The notes below the pieces were generated by a model that saw only the letters and a program-made list of their open reading frames with translations, was not told the DNA's origin and did no database searches. A program made the position numbers and the translations under genes. A DNA stretch of 64,000 nucleotides from the NCBI RefSeq assembly GCF_006345805.1, contig NC_042997.1, positions 66,154,001 through 66,218,000 on the forward strand, written 5' to 3'. The stretch is from Octopus sinensis (Eukaryota). Within the stretch, counting starts at the first letter, position 1, and each line of letters opens with the position of its first letter. Positions 25,013-37,654 of the stretch are shown piece by piece.

Positions 25013-26480
25013 CCACTATGTTCCATGCTAGCAAGGCCTGGATCCAATGAGTCCATGGACTGCATCATACTCCACAGTTTACTTTGACATGGTTTTTATG
25101 GCTGGATGTGCTTTCAATGCCAACCACTTTACAGTGTACAGGGTTGTGCTACCATAAGGGCAGTTGTCATGCTGCCTGCAAGACTAAGATATCAAAAAGA
25201 TACAGATTTAAACTAGAAATATGAGTGAAAGATCTAGTGTAGAATGGGTTTCTTGCTGTAGAGGGTCCACATACCTATTCACAGATTAATTAGGATGTTT
25301 GGTTCTGCGAGGGCAGGCCATTGATTCCTTACTGATCTTATATTAAATGTCATCAAAACTTCCCAAGATATAAATAAGTTTATTCCACCAGAATATGCAG
25401 AAGACACCAGAATTGAGATTTGATACCCATCTCATTTAATAATAGTCTTCTGAATTGTTTGAAGAAACCTGTTTTTTCTTCATTTTCTATTTTTTTCTTA
25501 CAATGAATTGAAAATAGAAAAGAAAAAGAAAATGGAAGACATAAATTGCCACAGTAATGGAACCAAATGCAAATGTCAAAGTTATTCAAGAATAAAGGCA
25601 AATATTAATAGTGTTAACATCCGTTATAGCTTCATTCAGTCTCAGTTATATGGAAACAAAGTCACTTCCTATCATTATCCTTCAGGTATTGGAATCAGTT
25701 ACAATAAAGGAACAGTCAGCTTCTTTTTTTTTCTTTTTCCCTCCTTTTTTCTTTCTCTTATTTATTTTCTTCTCTTTTTTTTTTTTTGTTTTGGCTGCAA
25801 TAAAAAGTATCATCGTTATCCTCTTTCCCTTAAATGTAATCATCCAAACCACAAGTATATTATTCATAGATCTGAACACTATGATCTATTGCATAAATCA
25901 AGATGTCCTCTTTAAAGTCCTTAAAATATCTAACAGTTCTTTGAAGTTAGTTCCATTATTGAATGATGATGATGATGATGATGACAACATTGACGATGAA
26001 GCTGATGAAAAATAATAACAAAAACAATACAGCAAAAAAGATTATAGCACAAAGTAAAGATTCAAAATAAATCTTTGATGTAACAAGTAATTTATAGCAA
26101 GGAGACACTGAATCTGCTGCCAGCTACAACACTTCCCCCCCACATTAAATTTCAACATTTAATTTCTTTTTCCCAAGCTTTCACACACCATTCCAGGAGT
26201 CAATTTGGAATACTGGTAATGGAATCAAACAGAAACAATTTTAGAAGAATATATATTATAAGCTGATACAGTGAATTGTTGTAGCAAAGGATATAAAACA
26301 ACTAGAGTAGCTGGATTTATGTATCAAACCCAATATTAGACCAGCTGTCTATATGCCCTATCACAACTTGAACAATACTAGCCAAAGGTTAGAATAATAC
26401 AAGAAATGATCTGGTAGTGTTAAAAAATAAAATCGACAGAAGCGCTTCTAATTCCTAAAGAACCAATCTTACTAACCAGT

Positions 26481-26710
26481 TTAATTCTTTTGATATCAAC
26501 CTACCCTGAGACATACTGGATCTTCAGTACAAATTTCAATTTTTTAAATTGATCTACAAACCTTCCATCAAAATTTCACTTTAAATTTATGTTCCAAATA
26601 CCAGCTTAATAAGAACAAAGTAATTTTATGAAATTTATCATGAATTTCAAAATAAAGAGAGACAAAAGCAGTGTATTTCAACAGATATATGGTAAGAAAA
26701 AAATGATTAA
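26481..26710. mobile_element. piggyBac-like MITE, family 2
   Basis: Bounded by TTAA and homologous to 18031-18260. Confidence 0.65.
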
Positions 26711-27893
26711 AGCCTGTTAGAAATTTTAACCAATATTATTAAAACTAGTGGCTGTAGGATGCATCACATAAGCTAGCACAAAAGCAGTTTTAGCAGCAAA
26801 GTTTATTGGATATATTTCAAACAATTTAGTTTTAACATAACATAAAAAAACTGCAAAACAACATTTATTTTAATGTATAAGAATTTCCTGCTAAACATAA
26901 CTTCCAAAAGCTGAAAGTATATTCTTATGAGTTACAACATACCTATGTTGATTAGAGAAAGAAGGCTAAAAGAGAATATTCATCAATATTTATCAAACAT
27001 TGTTCAGTCTTGCTTGCCTTTTAAGTCAAAGGAAGTGTAGAGGAAGCCAAGACATTTGTAGCAAACATCAATGTTCAAAACTGGTTCAGAGACTTTTGGC
27101 CAGTATAATTTGTATAATTATAAAACTCAAGTAAGACAATAACATGAATTTAGGAAATTCAGGTAAGTGGTGATGTATGTCAATCACTATAACACCACAA
27201 ATCCAAATTTCTAAATCCAAACCATCGGTCTGCTTAAATAATTTCTCTAAACTTCCTCTATGTGTGTGTAGGGCAGATGAGTGAATGAATGCATGCATGT
27301 GCATTAGGGTAAATTAGACATAGTGGACAAAAGACATTGTAGTACCGAGTTACATTCCTTTAAACCAAAAAAAGAAGCTTAGCCATTCAATAAATAATGA
27401 TCAATAAAATAAGTAAGTACTAGATTAGGCAATAGGGCCAATATAATCCACTAAAATTCCTGAAGGCATTACCCCAGCAACACCACAGTTCAATGATTGA
27501 AAAAAGACTAAAAGAATGCAAAATAGAACCACTACAAGGCATTAAGAAAACATTGAAGAAACAAAATATCCTCTAATCATTTGGGATGCTACCAAAAACA
27601 TCCATCTTTATGTCAAATATAAGACAATTCAGTGATGCTATTCTCTTGGCAAATCAAACACACAAGAACTTTGTGTAAGTAAGTTATTATTGCTCAATTA
27701 AATATTCTATGCTTGGTTAAAATATAATCAAAACAAGGAATCCCAAGTGGATGCCACCACCATCAAACTTTGTATACCACAGGAATATCAATGTTCAAAT
27801 AGCATATGTAGTCTATGACAAACTACGAGATATTTATAAAGTAGAATAGTGTGTGTGTGTGTGTGCATGTGCACGTGTGCGTGAGTGAGTGTA

Positions 27894-28725
27894 CAAGGTG
27901 GTATCAAAAAATTCTTGGACTAGTTCTGCAGCATGCCAACACATGGCAGAATGTAGTTGCATGCACACTAAGAGCTAGCAGTGACCTTCATGAGGCAGTG
28001 TGCTGAGTGACATTTGTCATGGACAGGAAAAAAGAGCCAATGTGAAATTATGCATTAAACTTAAGGAAGCCTGCTACATAAAAACTGAGCATGCTTCAGC
28101 AAGCTTACATCGACAAGGCAATGGGTCGTATGCAATGTTTCAAGTGGCATGGGCACTTCAAAAGCAGAAGGACATGCCTGAAAGACAATGATCAATCTGG
28201 AAGGCCAGCCACGAGCGTCAACCCCAGAAATGTGTTATTGTGCATCGAGAAGTCATCCACGAGGGCCAGACCATCAACAAAGAGTTCTACTGCGATGTTT
28301 TGAGACATTTGAATGAGGACATTCAGCAAAAGTGACTGGATCTGTGGAGTGCGAAGAACTGGATTCTTCACCGAGTTCTCCTCACTAGTGAGATTCTCAC
28401 CAAAAACAACAGGGTATTGTTTTCGCACCCACCCTATTCACCAGATTTAGCACCTGCAGACTTCCATCTCTTTCCCAAGATGAAAATACAGCTCAATGGT
28501 CAGTGTTTTAACACCATTGTCAAGATTCAGAGCAAATCGCAGAAAGTCCTCAACTCCCTTACAGAAAATTATTTTCAGCCTGGATTCCAAAAGCAGCAAG
28601 AATGCTGGGACTGGTATATTGCTACACAAGGGGACTATTTCAAAGGAGATGATGTTAAAACTTAGGTAAATAAATTGTTTTTTATTAAACATTTATTAAC
28701 CTGGAAATCTTTTGATATCACATCA
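27894..28725 (+). mobile_element. Internally deleted mariner transposon (defective transposase)
   Basis: TA-flanked degenerate TIRs (caaggtggtatcaaaaaattc / tgatgtgatatcaaaagattt on minus). Peptides DNDQSGRPATS, EGQTINKEFYCDVL, HPPYSPDLAPADFHLFPKMK, QGDYFKGD. Confidence 0.88.
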
Positions 28726-29189
28726 TAGGTTTGTGTGCACCCTTTTCTTGAGATCATATGATAGTTGTAAACATGCATCTCTGTCATACAAGCAGTGTTG
28801 TTCATTTCAAGTCTTCCATGAAAACTATTTCTGACCATGGAGAAATGTTATCTTGCTTGGAAACAAGTGAATGTTGGTGGCAGGAAAAGCACGTACTCAT
28901 AGAAAATTTGCCTTAGTTAATTCCATCTGACCCGTGTAAGCATGGAAAAGTAGATGTTAACTGATAATGAATGAATGATGAAGGATTCCCATTCCATTTC
29001 CATTACAGAAGCAAAACTTTAAACAAATTTACACACAAAAGACTATTTAAAAGCCATCAACTGCTCAATGATACAATTACATCAAATTTGGAAAATTATT
29101 AGAGAAGGTCTGAGGCCTACAGTGAACACCAAAGTGCAAACTGCCTTGTTGCTGACCCCTGGTCTAAGTTTTTAGATGAGAGTAACTTA

Positions 29190-29600
29190 ATAGGCATGAC
29201 CATGTGGTAAGTTTGTGTCCCAACCACATGGTTCCAGGTTCAGTCCCACTATGTGGCACCTCGGTGAATGTCTCTACTATTGCCTCAGGCTAACCAAAGC
29301 ATCATGAATAGATCTGGTAGACAGAAACTGAGAGAAACCCATCGTGTGTGTATGTGTGTGTGCATGCATGTATGTGTGTGTGCATGCATGTATGTGTGTC
29401 TTTGTCTCCCACCACTGCTTGACAGTCAGTAGTGTTGTGTTTACATTCCCATAACCTAGCAGTTCAGCAAAATAGTCTAGAACAAGTACTACGCTTTAAA
29501 AAAATATATAAAATACAGGGGCCAATTAGTTCAACTAAAATTCTTCAGTGCTCCAGCATGGCTGCTGTCTAATGATTGAAATGAGGAAAAGATGAAGATA
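29190..29600 (+). mobile_element. SINE family A copy
   Basis: Full set of modules, with a central tgtgtgtgcatgcatgta repeat. Confidence 0.8.
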
Positions 29601-29699
29601 TTCATTACATTTTAAGATTAATTCAATGAATTCAAGAACAAACCAACATTGAATAATTCAAGTACTCGGGTGCCAACACTTCTTTACATGTCTCCACAC

Positions 29700-30200
29700 A
29701 AACCAGTCAAACCTGATGAGGGCTATCCACTCTCTTTGAAAAGACTTAACTGCTCCAATCAACAGATCAACTAAAATCAGGGTTTTCAAAGCCACTGTGA
29801 GATCAATCCTTGTTTATAACTGAGGGTCACAAAACCTGACATCTGCACTGACAAGGAAGTTAGAGGGTAATTTTACCTGTCTCTTGCATATTGCCCTTAA
29901 TACCTCTTGGCAATTATACACAACTAACAAGATCTTATAAGGATGTCTTCCAAAGATTTCAACTGTCATAAGAAAGCATCGTCTAGCTCTTGCTGGACAT
30001 GTAATGAGACATAATGAAGCTGCTTCAAGAGTTTTGTTATGGTCCCCCAATGATACACATAGACGTGGTCACCTGAACCTGACCCTCAAGAAAATCATTG
30101 AGGAATATGCTGGACTACATGGTAGTGTCTTGATAAATATGATGCAAGGCTGCAACACATGGCGGAACTTTGTAGTGTCACCAAATGGAGTTGGATGACT
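29700..30200 (+). mobile_element. RTE-clade LINE 3' fragment
   Basis: GCLPKISTVIRKHRLALAGHVMRHNEAASRVLLWSP...TWRNFV. Confidence 0.7.
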
Positions 30201-30381
30201 GTGTGCAAAATTAATTACATTCTTTTTCCCATCATTACAAGAACATGAAGGTTTTAATCACTATTTTACTTTTCTTTCAGGTTCTTTTTAAATAAATTTA
30301 GATTTTTCCCAATATATCCCTCTGTCTGGTTTATCAAATGATATTCCAATGACTTCACTGTCATGACATCTCTGCTTCATC

Positions 30382-30566
30382 ATCATCATCGTTTAGCGTC
30401 CGCTTTCCATGCTGGCATGGGTTGGACGGTTCAACTGGGGTCTGGGAAGCCAGAAGGCTGCACCAGGCCCAGTCTAATCTGGCAATGTTTCTATGGCTGG
30501 ATGCCCTTCCTAACGCCAACTACTCCATGAGTGTAGTGGGTGCTTTTTACGTGCCACCGGCACAGG
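30382..30566 (-). mobile_element. Young family B retroposon copy (CpGs retained)
   Basis: catcatcgtttagcgtccgctttccatgctggcatgggttggacgg...tttacgtgccaccggcac. Confidence 0.8.
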
Positions 30567-31319
30567 TGTTTAAATCCCTAAATACATTTAGCTCTCCCCA
30601 TCATCATGAATCCCACTTTTACACTACATGGAGCCTCCTTCTTTCTCTAGCCTTGCACTCGTGTAAAAATATGCAGCTTCGCCTAGCAACTGTGTTTCTG
30701 CTCCACACTAAACATAATCTAAGCTAGCATCCTGTACTAATAATGATGGTATTGATGATGAAGTTGATAACAAAATTAATGATGATGTTAATGACAATCA
30801 TATGATAGTGTTGATGATGATGATGATGGAGATGACAACAATGATACTAAGATGATGATAACAATGTTTATGATGATGATGATCATCATCATAATAATAA
30901 TAATATTGTTAAAAAAGCAATAAGTTTAAGCCTATTTAACCAGAAATTATATCAATACCAACATTTTATTATATTTGGAAATTTTAAAAAATGCTAAAAA
31001 CAATAAACAGAAAAAAAATTGTGTTAGCAAACATCCAGAATATAAAACAAAGCGAAATCTAATGATAATGCTGGCCATGATCAAAATAGCAAGCGTAGAG
31101 GCAGAGACGGCAAACTGTTAGTTGATCTCCCAAGAGAGTTCAAGATGCATGTGGTTTCTGTAAGGAAGGCAGCAAGTCGATATGAACAATAGCAATATGA
31201 AGAAAAACAATAACAATTTTTGAGGAGCTATCACAAAAAGTATTCCCACAAAGTAAGGAGAATCCAGTGTGACATGTCAGTTGTTTTCGAAAAAAAAATC
31301 TAAACAACAGATTTAGAAG

Positions 31320-31940
31320 AGACGTGGCTGTGGGGTAAGAAGTTTCTTCCTAACCACATGATCCCGGGTTCAGTCCCACCTAGAAGTGTCTTTTATTATA
31401 GATTCAGGTAGACCAAAGCCTTGTGAGTGAATTTGGTAAATGGAAAGTGAAAGAAGCCTGGTGTGTGTGTGTGTGTGTGTATAGTAAATCCAAAAACACA
31501 AAGAACAAACACAAAAAACAATGTGAGGACATGGTACATGTAAAGTATTAGCAGACACTCAGGGAAGGAAAGATGGTTTAATGTTTCAAGCTCTTCTTCA
31601 GAAACAGAGGAAAGTCCAATAGAAAAGGAACCAGAGGAAGAAAATCGCCAACGATTCACATGCGGTTACATTTTGAAATGTGTGTGTGTGTGTGTGTGTG
31701 TATTTATCTATGTGTGTGTCTGTGTATGTGTTTGTCTCCCACCACTGCTTGACAACTGATGTTGGTATGCTTACATCCCTGTCACTTAGCAGTTCAGCAA
31801 AAGAGACTGATAGAATAAGCTCCAGGCTTAAAAAAAAAGAAATGAAGTACTGGATTCAATTAGTTTGACTAAAATTTCGCAAGGCAGTGCCCCAGCATGG
31901 CCAGGGACTAATGCCTGAAATATGAAAAAGATAAAGATAG
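31320..31940 (+). mobile_element. SINE family A copy with an insert of about 200 bp in its microsatellite
   Basis: Head 31320-31480, non-repetitive insert about 31483-31678, then (GT)n and the tail to about 31940. Confidence 0.75.
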
Positions 31941-32399
31941 TTGGTGAAGTAAAGCCAATTATAACTAAGACTATGGGTGTGATAAGAGAGAAGGAACAAA
32001 TCCTGACTGTATATCAAATGAATTTAGGAAGAATTTCTTTCTGGGTGTGTGTTGGGAACAGGCATGCTTAAAATAAGAGATAAAATATTTAACCTTATAG
32101 ATGCAGGTGTGGTTGTGTGATAAGAAGTTTGCTTCTCAACCACATGGTTCCAGGTTCAGTCCCACTGTGTGGCACCTTGGGCAAGTGTCTTTTAATATTG
32201 CCTCAAGCCGACCAAAGATTTGTGAGTGGATTTGGTAGACAGAAACTGAAAGGAGTCTGTCATATATGTGTGTGTGCGTGTGTCTTTGTGTTCGTCCCTC
32301 ATCACTAGTAAAAGACAGATTAATGTCTGGTAATAAGAGGGCAGTCATGGACATGATTTCTGGCTAAACAGCCTTCATCAGTATGAGAATTGCCCAGCT

Positions 32400-34030
32400 T
32401 TATCTCCAGTAGCCAAGGGATTTGGACTATGAACAAATTTTCTTTCAGTGAATGGCAAATACAACTAATGAGTTGAGCTCCTTTGAAAATATTGGACAAA
32501 TCTGCAAGGCAACAGAATATGTACCAACATTATCCCATTGCAGAAGGTTTTGAATGTAGAGCTTCTTGTAATTATACAGGTAAGCACAAGGAAAAACCAA
32601 TAGCACAACCACATGAATTTCAGTGTGACCAAGGAAAATAATGTGCAATCTATCATGTTGGATTCTGCAAAGATGTAATATTAGTCATGGATAAAATGAG
32701 CTTAAACTCAGTAACAAGCCTTGAAAGATTCCCCCTAAATCATGTAAAAAGGATTTAACAAAAGCCACAGCATGTATTTTTCCAATGTTTCCATGCATGT
32801 GGTACACTCCCTACAAAAAAAAATTGAAGTAGAAATATGCTCTATTCATAATGAAAAAAAGAGCAAATATCCTCTTACTTCACATATCAGGAAAGCTATG
32901 GAACTAGAGAAAAATTGATTACATTCTTGGAAGAAAAACTAATGCAGCTTCTGAATAGGGGTGGCATGCTGCCTTACATATCTACAATATTATGACTCAG
33001 TATTGAAAAGATTCACTCATTTAAATGTCAATGTGAGATGTATCTTCCGTTTGCAAAAACCATCAGAAAGTCAAATGATATACCATAAACTTTGTTATCC
33101 TGGCATATCTGGAAAACCAGGCAAGTGACTGCACAATGTTTTTAAAAATTAAATGTCAAGCAGTGTGGATGTCAGTCCCCTCTCAAATGGGACATCAGTT
33201 CCAAGTGGAATCCTATTTTGGGGCTATTTTTGTTTGATCTGTGCCTCCCAGGCATGCCATCAGTTATACAGTCATTCCCACCAACTATACTGACAATGTA
33301 AAATTATCACAAGCAATCAAGAACTCTGGTGATACCACAAATGTACAGTGAAGCTTAAATGCAATATACAACTGGGTTGAAGAAGGCAACCAGTAAGTCA
33401 ATTTTGGAAAATGTCAAGCACTTAGTTATCAGCCAAAAGATATATTATAATTTAGAAACACATGATTGGGAGAGATTGCAATACCAAAGTCACATCAGTG
33501 TGGAAAGTGGAAATCATAGTGAGAAATGATGCATCATCCTATGCAGTTATCAAATGAATAGAATGATGCAGCATTACTCATATTGATTCCTAGGTCATAC
33601 ACTGATGTGTAGATTGTTGGTAGGATGGATCCTGAAATCATTCAGAGCGACAAAAGAGGAAACTAGGTTGATACTGTGGAAAACATTCTTAGTCATCTGA
33701 ACTATTGTTCCTAATTATAGTTGCCAAATAATATCAAACTAAAAGCAATCTTGAAGCAATCCAACACTGTTACATCCAAGAAGATTGCTTGAGTGTAATA
33801 GATGAGTTGCTTGGAAAGGCTGAAAAAATTGAGGCTGTACTCTCTTGGGTGAAGACATAAGATATGCAGTGAAATATACATGGAAGATCTTAGAGAGTCT
33901 AGCAGCACACTGTGGCAATGAAAGCTACATTGACACCACTTCATAGCACCAAAGATCCTACCCTTCTCATCTAAAGTTAGGACCAGTTACTGCAACAACT
34001 TTGGTTTCAAAGGCCACAACACTTCAATAT
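32400..34030 (+). mobile_element. Decayed CR1/L2-type LINE reverse transcriptase remnant
   Basis: YTDNVKLSQAI at 33286 (YADD-like), an upstream SGVPQGS-like block, NWVEE...GKCQAL, and terminal NNFGFKGPQHFNI. Confidence 0.55.
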
Positions 34031-34044
34031 CTGACCAAAATGCT

Positions 34045-34277
34045 TTAGCCCTTTAGCATTTAAACTGGTCATAACTGGTCATAACCACATATTCTATGTG
34101 TTTTATGCTAAAACTGACCAGACCCAACCTCTCACACCTCCACTACAATGCCATTCTAAAGATATATAATGGCATCGTTGAAAGCTTGAAGCCAGAAGAT
34201 AATGCATGATTAATTCAGAACAATGCGAATAAATAACTTTTATATTTGACAAAAAAATCTGAATGCTAAAGGGTTAG
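34045..34277. mobile_element. piggyBac-like MITE, family 1, with TTAG flanks
   Basis: ttag|ccctttagcatt ... aatgctaaaggg|ttag, a perfect 12-bp TIR. Confidence 0.8.
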
Positions 34278-34803
34278 AGAATCTACATGGAACAGATATA
34301 GGAGTTTTTAAGAAACACCTTAACATATTTCTATCAAAGATCCCAGATAAATGAACATCAGCCAAGAAGCACTAATGAAGGTAACAGCATCAAACTCTCT
34401 CATTTACCAAGAACCTTTCATAGAAGGAAAGTCAAAATGAAAGTAATATTGAAGGTGGTGCCAAGGATGGCTGCAGCAGACAAGCTGGAAGAGGCAAAGG
34501 AATGAAATAATAAAAGATCATCCAAGATCATCATATGTGTGTGTGTGTGTGTGTGTTTATATATATGTGTATGTATATTTGTCTGAGTTTGACTCCACCA
34601 CCATCGCTCGACACCCAATGCTGGTGTGCTTATGTCACCATAACTTAGCAGTCTGGCAAAAGAGACTGATAGAATAGGGAATGTGAAACTCTGAGTAGTA
34701 GTTTATGTGATGACTTTGCAGCTTTATTCATAAGGCATATTACTCTACCTCCGGTATTCAAGTACTATTTTTTACACTTTGTTTTACTTACATTTGTGCC
34801 TAC

Positions 34804-34835
<32 letters not shown>

Positions 34836-34889
34836 ATTTGTATGTATACACGTGTATGTGTGTATATACACACACACACACACACACAC

Positions 34890-35740
34890 ACAGAGTTCTT
34901 TACACAGCTGTCCTTGTCCATATGCATCATATGGCTAGACTAGCACAGTCATCTCTCTTGCACACCACATCTGATGCCTCTTATGCCCAACTTTACTCTC
35001 AAGATGCTAACACTGTTGTACATTGCACATCCAGCAAAGCATACTTGTTTCATTTCTTTCAACCCTTTGAATGTCCTCAGCAGTCACAGTCCATGTTTCA
35101 CTACCATGTATCATGGCTGTTCGCAAACAGGCATCGTACAATCTGCCTTTCACACTGAAGGAGAGGCCCTTTGTTACCAACAGAGGTAGGAGTTCCCTGA
35201 ACTTTGCCCAGCCTATTCTTATTCTAGTAGCTATGCTCTCAGAGCATACTGACTTCATCACCTAGGTAAAGGAAGCTATCAACTACTTCTAGTTTCTTCC
35301 CCTGGCATTTGAGGGAGTCTATTTTTAGTGTTTATTGTACCTGTGCACCTTCCACAAACAAAAACTATTTTCACTGTTAACCTTTCTCTGATATTGCTGC
35401 ACTTCTTATGTGTCCATAACTTACACCGGGTGCATCTTATGGAGTTACTACCAACACCTTTTCTACAGATCGAACAGTGTCATCTACTTGAAGGGACTTG
35501 TGATTTGTCTGCTCCTCTATTTACTAAAACTTTGGTTTTTGCTAGATTAACTCTAAGGCCCTTTGATTCTAGACCTTGCTTCAATGCCTGAAATTTCTTC
35601 TCTAGTTCTAGTCGTGATTCAGCTATATGGACATGGTCATCAGCATAGAGAAGCTCCAAGGGCAGCCTGTCTTAAATTCCTCTGTTATTGCCTGGAGGAC
35701 TATGATGGACAAGAGGGGTTGGCTGTAGAAACCATGCCAA
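34890..35740 (-). mobile_element. RTE-clade LINE fragment (late RT and C-terminus)
   Basis: RIRIGWAKFRELLPLLVTKGLSFSVKGRLYDACLRTAMIHGSETW, with an upstream broken ELLYADD-like region. Confidence 0.8.
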
Positions 35741-36083
35741 ATTAGACTGAAATCTGGTGCAGCTCCCCAGCTAACCAGTTTTCAGACAAACCATCCAACC
35801 CATGCTAGCATGGAAAATGTATGCTAAATGATGAGTATGATGATGATGATGATAAGTAGATAGATAGATCAATCATATACCACTACACACTACCCTACAC
35901 CTCCACATACTACCACTGACAGCCCTCACCCACCCACACTCACCACTATCATATTACATCAGTACACACCACCATAACATGTTCTCCTACCACGACCACC
36001 ACTGCTATAAAACCAGTCTACAAGCACCACCCCACTCAACAAACAGATTTGCTTCATATCATAGTTTGATTTCTTTTTGCTTT

Positions 36084-36124
<41 letters not shown>

Positions 36125-36894
36125 TCAGGCTTTCACATTATCTTAAAGCTTAATTACATTTTGAAACATCAGCAAGAGCAATAAATAAAAAGAAAAGAAG
36201 CCATAAAACTCTGCAGAAAATTTTTAAATCCTCCTTCTCCTCCTCTCTCTTTCCTACACAAACTCAAATACATCACATACACACACTCACTCACATCAAA
36301 AACACACATACACCTACACAGCTATAGATCATGCAAGTCAAAGAAAGGTTGGTGGAGTAGAGTGCAAGGGGAAAAAAAAAGAAACAAATTACAATACAAA
36401 ACAAAACCAAAAAAAAGAAAAAAAACTCAGTTTACTTCAGATATTCTGTTATTTAGGAAATATCCATCAAAACTGAATTTACAAGCTTTGTTTAGAGATT
36501 AAGAGAGAAGGATGAAACAAAAAAAATAAAACGTAAGAGAAACAGGTTTCAGATAGGAAAAATCAATGTAACTTGCTGATAATTTTACAACTTAACTAAC
36601 TATATCTATCTATATCTGACTTTCTCTTAAACAAAACAAAAATACCAGTCAACTACTAGCTCAATAAAATCGACTAATCACCATCTCCACCCCCAAACCT
36701 CCATAATCTGTGGCCTTGTGCCTATGTTTAGAGATCAATATTATTTATGAGAGGGAGGGAGGGAGCAAGGGAGGAAGAAGAAAGGCAATGAAAGACAGAG
36801 TCAATCAGGTCAATGGAATAAGTACCTACCAAATAGTGGGACTGGTAATTAACTAACTGTGCCTTCTTCCATGATATTTTTATCTTGCACTAAT

Positions 36895-37190
36895 GATAGG
36901 TGGTTTAGTAGTTAGGGTGTTGGACTCACAATTGTAAAATTGTGGTTTCGGTTTCCGGACCAGGTGATGCATTGTGTTCTTGAGCAAGATACTTCACTTC
37001 ATGTAGCTCCAGACAACTCAGCTGTAGAAATGCGTACTGCTAGTGGAGGTGCATTGCTTAGTGGTTAGGATGTTGGATTCACGGCTGTAAAATTGTGTTT
37101 TCAATCCCTGGACTGGGTGATTCATTGTATTCTTGAGCAAAACACTTCATTTCACATTGCTCCAGTTCACTCAGCTGTAGAAATGAGTTT
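36895..37190 (+). mobile_element. Two tandem family D SINE heads (dimer)
   Basis: (c/t)ttagt(g/a)gttagg..gttgga.tcac...ttcttgagcaa.a.acttca.ttca...gctccag...actcagctgtagaaatg occurs twice. Confidence 0.75.
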
Positions 37191-37654
37191 AGCCTGGAGA
37201 GGGATGTGCTCCACCAGGCTTTCTCACCCTAGATATGCTACATGGCCGCAGTGCCCCAATGGGGATTAAAAGGACTTGTCAAGTGCCAAATGATAGAAAT
37301 CTTGGGAACCATTTGGCCAAAAGTGGAAAACTTGTAGATCTGTAGCACTTAGTTCCAATTTTACATACTGCATTCGAATCTTTGTGAAGCAAGCTTTACT
37401 TTTCATCTCTTTTCAGTTGTCATTGTTGTCATTTCTGTCATCATCCTCCACACCATCATTGTTATCATCCTTGTCCTCATCATCGCCTTCGTGACCATCA
37501 TCATTATCACCATCATCATAGTCATCATTATCATAGACATCATTGTCATTATTGGCATCATCATCATCATTTAACATTCATTTTCCATGCTGGCATGGGT
37601 TTACCAGTTTGACAGGATCTGATGGGTGGCAAGGGCTGCACCAAGTTACAGTGT

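Noticed and set aside
25508-26015. Two overlapping ORFs of about 135 aa
   Set aside because: They span poly-T and (GAT)n tracts and have no recognisable domain.
26944-26970. 23-nt minus-strand micro-exon candidate (ttctcttttag / gtatgt)
   Set aside because: It does not fit the phase needed between the other candidates, and it shows how easily such signals arise by chance.
32449-32579. Plus-strand exon-like segment ending cag|gtaagc
   Set aside because: All frames stop, and it lies within the CR1-like remnant.
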